From Eledone cirrhosa (lineage: Eukaryota): a DNA stretch of 64,000 nucleotides. Position numbers and translations under genes: made by a program. Every line of letters starts with the position of its first letter. Position 1 is the first letter of the stretch. Below are positions 54,801 through 64,000 of the stretch, piece after piece. The stretch is from contig OZ024758.1 in assembly GCA_964016885.1 (NCBI GenBank), positions 36,580,001-36,644,000 of the forward strand, written 5' to 3'. The notes under the pieces are model-generated. The model worked only from the letters and a program-made list of their open reading frames with translations, was not told the origin of the DNA and ran no database searches.

Positions 54801-57800
54801 AGTTCATGGTACTAGCTGTCAGAAGGAACTCCACTGTTGGTGAGAATTCATTTAAGTTCATGGTATTAGCTGTCAGAAGTAACTCCAATGTTGGTGAGAA
54901 TTCATTTAAGTCATGGTACTAGCTGTCAGAAGTAACTCCACAGTTGGTGAGAATTCATTTAAGTTCATGGTATTAGCTGTCAGAAGGAACTCCACTGTTG
55001 GTGAAAATTCATTTAAGTTCATGGTATTAGCTGTCAGAAGTAACTCCAATGTTGGTGAGAATTCATTTAAGTTCATGGTATTAGCTGTCAGAAGTAACTC
55101 CACTGTTGGTGAGAATTCATTTAAGTTCATGGTATTAGCTGTCAGAAGTAACTCCACTGTCGGTGAGAATTCATTTAAGTTCATGGTACTAGCTGTCAGA
55201 AGTAACTCCACTGTTGGTGAGAATTCATTTAAGTTCATGGTACTAGCTGTCAGAAGTAACCCCAATGTTAGTGAGAATTCATTTAAGCTCATGGTATTAG
55301 CTGTCAGAAGTCACTCCACTGTTGGTGAGAATTCATTTAAGTTCATGGTACTAGCTGTCAGAAGTAACGCCACTGTTGGTGAGAATTCATTTAAGTTCAT
55401 GGTATTAGCTGTCAGAAGTAAGTCCACTGTTGGTGAGAATTCATTTAAGTCATGGTATTAGCTGTCAGAAGTAACTCCATTGTTTTGTGAGAATTCATTT
55501 AAGTCATGGTACTAGCTGTCAGAAGTAACTCCACTGTTGGTGAGAATTCATTTAAGTTCATGGTACTAGCTGTCAGAAGTAACTCCACTGTTGGTGAGAA
55601 TTCATTTAAGTTCATGGTACTAGCTGTCAGAAGTAACTCCAATGTTGGTGAGAATTCATTTAAGTCATGGTACTAGCTGTCAGAAGTCACTCCACTGTTG
55701 GTGAGAATTCATTTAAGTTCATGGTATTAGCTGTCAGAAGGAACTCCACTGTTGGTGAGAATTCATTTAAATTCATGGTATTAGCTGTCAGAAGTAACTC
55801 CACTGTTGGTGAGAATTCATTTAAGTTCATGGTACTAGCTGTCAGAAGGAACTCCAATGTTGGTGAGAATTCATTTAAGTTCATGGTATTAGCTGTCAGA
55901 AGTAACTCCACTGTTGGTGAGAATTCATTTAAGTTCATGGTACTAGCTGTCAGAAGTAACTCCACTGTTGGTGAGAATTCATTTAAGTTCATGGTACTAG
56001 CTGTCAGAAGTAACCCCAATGTTAGTGAGAATTCATTTAAGTTCATGGTATTAGCTGTCAGAAGTCACTCCACTGTTGGTGAGAATTCATTTAAGTTCAT
56101 GGTATTAGCTGTCAAAAGTAACTCCACTGTTGGTGAGAATTCATTTAAGTTCATGGTATTAGCTGTCAGAAGTAACTCCACTGTTGGTGAGAATTCATTT
56201 AAGTTCATGGTATTAGTTGTCAGAAGTAACTCCACTGTTGGTGAGAATTCATTTAAGTTCATGGTACTAGCTGTCAGAAGTAACGCCACTGTTGGTGAGA
56301 ATTCATTTAAGTTCATGGTATTAGCTGTCAGAAGTAACTCCACTGTTGGTGAGAATTCATTTAAGTCATGGTATTAGCTGTCAGAAGTAACTCCATTGTT
56401 GGTGAGAATTCATTTAAGTCATGGTACTAGCTGTCAGAAGTAACTCCACTGTTGGTGAGAATTCATTTAAGTTCATGGTACTAGCTGTCAGAAGTAACTC
56501 CACTGTTGGTGAGAATTCATTTAAGTTCATGGTACTAGCTGTCAGAAGTAACTCCAATGTTGGTGAGAATTCATTTAAGTCATGGTACTAGCTGTCAGAA
56601 GTCACTCCACTGTTGGTGAGAATTCATTTAAGTTCATGGTATTAGCTGTCAGAAGGAACTCCACTGTTGGTGAGAATTCATTTAAATTCATGGTATTAGC
56701 TGTCAGAAGTAACTCCACTGTTGGTGAGAATTCATTTAAGTTCATGGTACTAGCTGTCAGAAGGAACTCCAATGTTGGTGAGAATTCATTTAAGTTCATG
56801 GTATTAGCTGTCAGAAGTAACTCCACTGTTGGTGAGAATTCATTTAAGTTCATGGTATTAGCTGTCAGAAGTAACTCCACTGTTGGTGAGAATTCATTTA
56901 AGTTCATGGTACTAGCTGTCAGAAGTAACTCCACTGTTGGTGAGAATTCATTTAAGTTCATGGTACTAGCTGTCAGAAGTAACCCCAATGTTGGTGAGAA
57001 TTCATTTAAGTTCATGGTATTAGCTGTCAGAAGTCACTCCACTGTTGGTGAGAATTCATTTAAGTTCATGGTATTAGCTGTCAGAAGTAACTCCACTGTT
57101 GGTGAGAATTCATTTAAGTTCATGGTATTAGCTGTCAGAAGTAACTCCACTGTTGGTGAGAATTCATTTAAGTTCATGGTATTAGCTGTCAGAAGTAACT
57201 CCACTGTTGGTGAGAATTCATTTAAGTTCATGGTACTAGCTGTCAGAAGTAACTCCACTGTTGGTGAGAATTCATTTAAGTTCATGGTATTAGCTGTCAG
57301 AAGTAACTCCACTGTTGGTGAGAATTCATTTAAGTCATGGTATTAGCTGTCAGAAGTAACTCCATTGTTGGTGAGAATTCATTTAAGTCATGGTACTAGC
57401 TGTCAGAAGTAACTCTACTGTTGGTGAGAATTCATTTAAGTTCATAGTACTAGCTGTCAGAAGTAACTCCACTGTTGGTGAGAATTCATTTAAGTTCATG
57501 GTACTAGCTGTCAGAAGTAACTCCAATGTTGGTGAGAATTCATTTAAATTCATGGTATTAGCTGTCAGAAGTAACTCCACTGTTGGTGAGAATTCATTTA
57601 AGTTCATGGTACTAGCTGTCAGAAGCAACTCCACTGTTGGTGAGAATTCATTTAAGTTCATGGTATTAGCTGTCAGAAGTAACTCCACTGTTGGTGAGAA
57701 TTCATTTAAGTTCATGGTACTAGCTGTCAGAAGTAACCCCAATGTTGGTGAGAATTCATTTAAGTTCATGGTATTAGCTGTCAGAAGTCACTCCAATGTT

Positions 57801-60800
57801 GGTGAGAATTCATTTAAGTTCATGGTATTAGCTGTCAGACGTCACTCCACTGTTGGTGAGAATTCATTTAAGTTCATGGTACAAGCTGTCAGAAGTAACC
57901 CCAATGTTGGTGAGAATTCATTTAAGTTCATGGTATTAGCTGTCAGAAGTTACTCCAATGTTGGTGAGAATTCATTTAAGTTCATGGTATTAGCTGTCAG
58001 AAGTAACTCCACTGTTGGTGAGAATTCATTTAAGTTCATGGTATTAGCTGTCAGAAGTAACTCCACTGTTGGTGAGAATTCATTTAAGTTCATGGTATTA
58101 GCTGTCAGAAGGAACTCCAATGTTGGTGAGAATTCATTTAAGTCATGGTACTAGCTGTCAGAAGTAACTCCACTGTTGGTGAGAATTCATTTACGTCATG
58201 GTACTAGCTGTCAGAAGTAACTCCACTGTTGGTGAGAATTCATTTAAGTTCATGGTATTAGCTGTCAGAAGGAACTCCACTGTTGGTGAGAATTCATTTA
58301 TGTTCATGGTATTAGCTGTCAGAAGTAACTCCACTGTTGGTGAGAATTCATTTAAGTTCATGGTACTAGCTGTCAGAAGTAACTCCACTGTTGGTGAGAA
58401 TTCATTTAAGTTCATGGTACTAGCTGTCAGAAGGAACTCCACTGTTGGTGAGAATTCATTTAAGTTCATGGTATTAGCTGTCAGAAGTAACTCCAATGTT
58501 GGTGAGAATTCATTTAAGTCATGGTACTAGCTGTCAGAAGTAACTCCACAGTTGGTGAGAATTCATTTAAGTTCATGGTATTAGCTGTCAGAAGGAACTC
58601 CACTGTTGGTGAAAATTCATTTAAGTTCATGGTATTAGCTGTCAGAAGTAACTCCAATGTTGGTGAGAATTCATTTAAGTTCATGGTATTAGCTGTCAGA
58701 AGTAACTCCACTGTTGGTGAGAATTCATTTAAGTTCATGGTATTAGCTGTCAGAAGTAACTCCACTGTCGGTGAGAATTCATTTAAGTTCATGGTACTAG
58801 CTGTCAGAAGTAACTCCACTGTTGGTGAGAATTCATTTAAGTTCATGGTACTAGCTGTCAGAAGTAACCCCAATGTTAGTGAGAATTCATTTAAGTTCAT
58901 GGTATTAGCTGTCAGAAGTCACTCCACTGTTGGTGAGAATTCATTTAAGTTCATGGTACTAGCTGTCAGAAGTAACGCCACTGTTGGTGAGAATTCATTT
59001 AAGTTCATGGTATTAGCTGTCAGAAGTAAGTCCACTGTTGGTGAGAATTCATTTAAGTCATGGTATTAGCTGTCAGAAGTAACTCCATTGTTTTGTGAGA
59101 ATTCATTTAAGTCATGGTACTAGCTGTCAGAAGTAACTCCACTGTTGGTGAGAATTCATTTAAGTTCATGGTACTAGCTGTCAGAAGTAACTCCACTGTT
59201 GGTGAGAATTCATTTAAGTTCATGGTACTAGCTGTCAGAAGTAACTCCAATGTTGGTGAGAATTCATTTAAGTCATGGTACTAGCTGTCAGAAGTCACTC
59301 CACTGTTGGTGAGAATTCATTTAAGTTCATGGTATTAGCTGTCAGAAGGAACTCCACTGTTGGTGAGAATTCATTTAAATTCATGGTATTAGCTGTCAGA
59401 AGTAACTCCACTGTTGGTGAGAATTCATTTAAGTTCATGGTACTAGCTGTCAGAAGGAACTCCAATGTTGGTGAGAATTCATTTAAGTTCATGGTATTAG
59501 CTGTCAGAAGTAACTCCACTGTTGGTGAGAATTCATTTAAGTTCATGGTATTAGCTGTCAGAAGTAACTCCACTGTTGGTGAGAATTCATTTAAGTTCAT
59601 GGTACTAGCTGTCAGAAGTAACTCCACTGTTGGTGAGAATTCATTTAAGTTCATGGTACTAGCTGTCAGAATTAACCCCAATGTTGGTGAGAATTCATTT
59701 AAGTTCATGGTATTAGCTGTCAGAAGTCACTCCACTGTTGGTGAGAATTCATTTAAGTTCATGGTACTAGCTGTCAGAAGTAACGCCACTGTTGGTGAGA
59801 ATTCATTTAAGTTCATGGTATTAGCTGTCAGAAGTAAGTCCACTGTTGGTGAGAATTCATTTAAGTCATGGTATTAGCTGTCAGAAGTAACTCCATTGTT
59901 TTGTGAGAATTCATTTAAGTCATGGTACTAGCTGTCAGAAGTAACTCCACTGTTGGTGAGAATTCATTTAAGTTCATGGTACTAGCTGTCAGAAGTAACT
60001 CCACTGTTGGTGAGAATTCATTTAAGTTCATGGTACTAGCTGTCAGAAGTAACTCCAATGTTTGTGAGAATTCATTTAAGTCATGGTACTAGCTGTCAGA
60101 AGTCACTCCACTGTTGGTGAGAATTCATTTAAGTTCATGGTATTAGCTGTCAGAAGGAACTCCACTGTTGGTGAGAATTCATTTAAATTCATGGTATTAG
60201 CTGTCAGAAGTAACTCCACTGTTGGTGAGAATTCATTTAAGTTCATGGTACTAGCTGTCAGAAGGAACTCCAATGTTGGTGAGAATTCATTTAAGTTCAT
60301 GGTATTAGCTGTCAGAAGTAACTCCACTGTTGGTGAGAATTCATTTAAGTTCATGGTATTAGCTGTCAGAAGTAACTCCACTGTTGGTGAGAATTCATTT
60401 AAGTTCATGGTACTAGCTGTCAGAAGTAACTCCACTGTTGGTGAGAATTCATTTAAGTTCATGGTACTAGCTGTCAGAAGTAACCCCAATGTTGGTGAGA
60501 ATTCATTTAAGTTCATGGTATTAGCTGTCAGAAGTCACTCCACTGTTGGTGAGAATTCATTTAAGTTCATGGTATTAGCTGTCAGAAGTAACTCCACTGT
60601 TGGTGAGAATTCATTTAAGTTCATGGTATTAGCTGTCAGAAGTAACTCCACTGTTGGTGAGAATTCATTTAAGTTCATGGTACTAGCTGTCAGAAGTAAC
60701 TCCACTGTTGGTGAGAATTCATTTAAGTTCATGGTATTAGCTGTCAGAAGTAACTCCACTGTTGGTGAGAATTCATTTAAGTTCATGGTACTAGCTGTCA

Positions 60801-62900
60801 GAAGTAACTCCACTGTTGGTGAGAATTCATTTAAGTTCATGGTATTAGCTGTCAGAAGTAACTCCACTGTTGGTGAGAATTCATTTAAGTCATGGTATTA
60901 GCTGTCAGAAGTAACTCCATTGTTGGTGAGAATTCATTTAAGTCATGGTACTAGCTGTCAGAAGTAACTCCACTGTTGGTGAGAATTCATTTAAGTTCAT
61001 GGTACTAGCTGTCAGAAGTAACTCCAATGTTGGTGAGAATTCATTTAAATTCATGGTATTAGCTGTCAGAAGTAACTCCATTGTTGGTGAGAATTCATTT
61101 AAGTTCATGGTACTAGCTGTCAGAAGTAACTCCACTGTTGGTGAGAATTCATTTAAGTTCATGGTACTAGCTGTCAGAAGTAACTCCAATGTTGGTGAGA
61201 ATTCATTTAAATTCATGGTATTAGCTGTCAGAAGTAACTCCACTGTTGGTGAGAATTCATTTAAGTTCATGGTACTACCTGTCAGAAGCAACTCCACTGT
61301 TGGTGAGAATTCATTTAAGTTCATGGTATTAGCTGTCAGATGTAACTCCACTGTTGGTGAGAATTCATTTAAGTTCATGGTACTAGCTGTCAGAAGTAAC
61401 CCCAATGTTGGTGAGAATTCATTTAAGTTCATGGTATTAGCTGTCAGAAGTCACTCCAATGTTGGTGAGAATTCATTTAAGTTCATGGTATTAGCTGTCA
61501 GAAGTCACTCCACTGTTGGTGAGAATTCATTTAAGTTCATGGTACTAGCTGTCAGAAGTAACCCCAATGTTGGTGAGAATTCATTTAAGTTCATGGTATT
61601 AGCTGTCAGAAGTTACTCCAATGTTGGTGAGAATTCATTTAAGTTCATGGTATTAGCTGTCAGAAGTAACTCCACTGTTGGTGAGAATTCATTTAAGTTC
61701 ATGGTATTAGCTGTCAGAAGTAACTCCAATGTTGGTGAGAATTCATTTAAGTTCATGTTCTTAGCTGTCAGAAGGAACTCCAATGTTGGTGAGAATTCAT
61801 TTAAGTCATGGTATTAGCTGTCAGAAGGAACGCCACTGTTGGTGAGAATTCATTTAAGTTCATGGTACTAGCTGTCAGAAGTAACTCCAATGTTGGTGAG
61901 AATTCATTTATGTTCATGGTATTAGCTGTCAGAAGTAACTCCACTGTTGGTGAGAATTCATTTAAGTTCATGGTACTAGCTGTCAGAAGTAACTCCACTG
62001 TTGGTGAGAATTCATTTAAGTCATGGTATTAGCTGTCAGAAGTAACTCCATTGTTGGTGAGAATTCATTTAAGTCATGGTACTAGCTGTCAGAAGTAACT
62101 CCACTGTTGCTGAGAATTCATTTAAGTTCATGGTATTAGCTGTCAGAAGTAACTCCAATGTCGGTGAGAATTCATTTAAGTCATAGTACTAGCTGTCAGA
62201 AGTAACTCCACTGTTGGTGAGAATTCATTTAAGTTCATGGTATTAGCTGTCAGAAGGAACTCCACTGTTGGTGAGAATTCATTTAAATTCATGGTATTAG
62301 CTGTCAGAAGTAACTCCAATGTTGGTGAGAATTCATTTAAGTTCATGGTATTAGCTGTCAGAAGTAACTCCACTGTTGGTGAGAATTCATTTAAGTTCAT
62401 GGTATTAGCTGTCAGAAGTAACTCCACTGTTGGTGAGAATTCATTTTTCATGGTACTAGCTGTCAGAAGTAACTCCACTGTTGGTGAGAATTCATTTAAG
62501 TTCATGGTACTAGCTGTCAGAAGTAACCCCAATGTTAGTGAGAATTCATTTAAGTTCATGGTATTAGCTGTCAGAAGTCACTCCACTGTTGGTGAGAATT
62601 CATTTAAGTTCATGGTATTAGCTGTCAGAAGTAACTCCACTGTTGGTGAGAATTCATTTAAGTTCGTGGTATTAGCTGTCAGAAGTAACTCCACTGTTGG
62701 TGAGAATTCATTTAAGTTCATGGTATTAGCTGTCAGAAGTAACTCCACTGTTGGTGAGAATTCATTTAAGTTCATGGTACTAGCTGTCAGATGTAACGCC
62801 ACTGTTGGTGAGAATTCATTTAAGTTCATGGTATTAGCTGTCAGAAGTAACTCCACTGTTGGTGAGAATTCATTTAAGTCATGGTATTAGCTGTCAGAAG
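40630..62900. repeat. Macro-duplication ~40.6-47.75 kb vs ~55.67-62.9 kb (offsets 15,038 then 15,146 bp)
   Basis: ORF starts 41544/56582 and 45045/60083 (15,038), then 45799/60945, 46662/61808 and 47091/62237 (15,146). Private markers CTACCTGTC, AGATGTAAC, a 3-bp AAG deletion (~47300/62446) and TTCGTGG. Confidence 0.9.
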
Positions 62901-64000
62901 TAACTCCATTGTTGGTGAGAATTCATTTAAGTCATGGTACTAGCTGTCAGAAGTAACTCCACTGTTGGTGAGAATTCATTTAAGTTCATGGTACTAGCTG
63001 TCAGAAGTAACTCCACTGTTGGTGAGAATTCATTTAAGTTCATGGTACTAGCTGTCAGAAGTAACTCCAATGTTGGTGAGAATTCATTTAAGTCATGGTA
63101 CTAGCTGTCAGAAGTCACTCCACTGTTGGTGAGAATTCATTAAGTTCATGGTACTAGCTGTCACAAGGAACTCCACTGTTGGTGAGAATTCATTTAAATT
63201 CATGGTATTAGCTGTCAGAAGTAACTCCACTGTTGGTGAGAATTCATTTAAGTTCATGGTACTAGCTGTCAGAAGGAACTCCAATGTTGGTGAGAATTCA
63301 TTTAAGTTCATGGTATTAGCTGTCAGAAGTAACTCCACTGTTGGTGAGAATTCATTTAAGTTCATGGTATTAGCTGTCAGAAGTAACTCCACTGTTGGTG
63401 AGAATTCATTTAAGTTCATGGTACTAGCTGTCAGAAGTAACTCCACTGTTGGTGAGAATTCATTTAAGTTCATGGTACTAGCTGTCAGAAGTAACCCCAA
63501 TGTTGGTGAGAAATCATTTAAGTTCATGGTATTAACTGTCAGAAGTCACTCCACTGTTGGTGAGAATTCATTTAAGTTCATGGTATTAGCTGTCAGAAGT
63601 AACTCCACTGTTGGTGAGAATTCATTTAAGTTCATGGTATTAGCTGTCAGAAGTAACTCCACTGTTGGTGAGAATTCATTTAAGTTCATGGTATTAGCTG
63701 TCAGAAGTAACTCCACTGTTGGTGAGAATTCATTTAAGTTCATGGTACTAGCTGTCAGAAGTAACTCCACTGTTGGTGAGAATTCATTTAAGTTCATGGT
63801 ATTAGCTGTCAGAAGTAACTCCACTGTTGGTGAGAATTCATTTAAGTCATGGTATTAGCTGTCAGAAGTAACTCCATTGTTGGTGAGAATTCATTTAAGT
63901 CATGGTACTAGCTGTCAGAAGTAACTCCACTGTTGGTGAGAATTCATTTAAGTTCATGGTACTAGCTGTCAGAAGTAACTCCACTGTTGGTGAGAATTCA

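Larger units (their letters stand above)
26300..60750. repeat. Macro-duplication ~26.3-39.1 kb vs ~47.4-60.75 kb (offsets 21,125 / 21,449 / 21,609 bp)
   Basis: ORF start offsets 26610/47735 (21,125), 30539/51988 (21,449) and 31365/52974 through 38474/60083 (21,609). Private markers: 17-bp duplication at 30730/52179 and GGTCTTAG at 32556/54165. Confidence 0.9.
1..64000. repeat. Satellite DNA array, 54-bp monomer (EcoRI-containing), ~1,185-1,190 head-to-tail copies, extends beyond both window edges
   Basis: The consensus ATGGTATTAGCTGTCAGAAGTAACTCCACTGTTGGTGAGAATTCATTTAAGTTC recurs continuously, with most monomers differing by 0-2 bases. Recurrent variants (numbered from the ATG): T7C, T21G, A22C, T25C/G, C29A/T, G51A and deletion of T52 (53-bp monomer). 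No inversion or foreign insertion seen. Confidence 0.99.
22100..64000. repeat. Right satellite subdomain with variable higher-order repeat (modal 18-mer, 969 bp)
   Basis: A punctuation cassette (AAGTCATGG...CCATTGTTGG...AAGTCATGG, two 53-bp monomers) is followed by a stereotyped order of variant monomers. ORF ends are 969 bp apart at 24358/25327, 34768/35737, 41339/42308, 52769/53738 and 56377/57346, and 968 bp apart at 62890/63858. Confidence 0.8.

Noticed and set aside
263-63824. Minus-strand ORFs of (MNLNEFSPTVELLLTANT)n, superficially leucine-rich-repeat-like
   Set aside because: The 18-aa period does not fit the LRR LxxLxLxxNxL consensus. The common A22C variant creates a TGA stop in this frame, and frameshifts are frequent.
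27-63858. Hundreds of + strand ORFs of (MVLAVRSNSTVGENSFKF)n as protein-coding genes
   Set aside because: They follow directly from a stop-free 54-bp period. They end at recurrent 1-bp indels (SWY*, VCQK*), have no unique N- or C-terminal domains, and have no non-repeat promoter or UTR context.
1-64000. CRISPR array or other repeat-spacer system
   Set aside because: There are no unique spacers. The entire monomer is conserved, and no cas or other genes are present.
1-64000. Telomeric repeat, tRNA/5S/spliced-leader RNA gene array, or MITE array
   Set aside because: There is no G-rich short telomere motif, no recognisable Pol III A/B boxes or cloverleaf, and no terminal inverted repeats or target-site duplications. 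The unit is too short for these gene arrays.
1-64000. Synthetic concatemer or rolling-circle/PCR artefact (EcoRI site in each unit)
   Set aside because: Hierarchically inherited variants, subdomains and private differences between duplicated blocks fit natural array evolution. Local misassembly of individual blocks still cannot be excluded without reads.
1-64000. Variant order as an information-bearing code or diversity-generating cassette system
   Set aside because: Block duplication and slippage account for the variant order I traced. No recombinase, reverse transcriptase or expression locus is present in the window.

Overview
The whole 64,000-bp window is one uninterrupted, head-to-tail tandem array of a 54-bp monomer, roughly 1,185-1,190 copies. 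The consensus is ATGGTATTAGCTGTCAGAAGTAACTCCACTGTTGGTGAGAATTCATTTAAGTTC (20/54 = 37% GC, no CpG, one EcoRI site). The array runs off both ends, all monomers point the same way, and I see no unique sequence, transposon insertion, RNA gene, CRISPR spacer or credible protein gene. It looks like eukaryotic satellite DNA (centromeric, pericentromeric or subtelomeric). I cannot assign the organism or a named family. The hundreds of ORFs arise because 54 bp is 18 stop-free codons on both strands, and recurrent 1-bp deletions break them. The real information is in the variant pattern. It shows two sequence subdomains (left, ~1-19.7 kb; right, from ~22 kb), a variable higher-order repeat with a modal 18-mer of 969 bp in the right domain, and nested block duplications with offsets of 1,182, 1,613, 2,315 (twice), 3,608, 4,624, 6,571, ~15,100 and ~21,100-21,600 bp. 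I found no evidence for a new gene system. The findings concern satellite architecture and evolution. Block boundaries were read by eye from variants and ORF offsets and are accurate to about one or two monomers.
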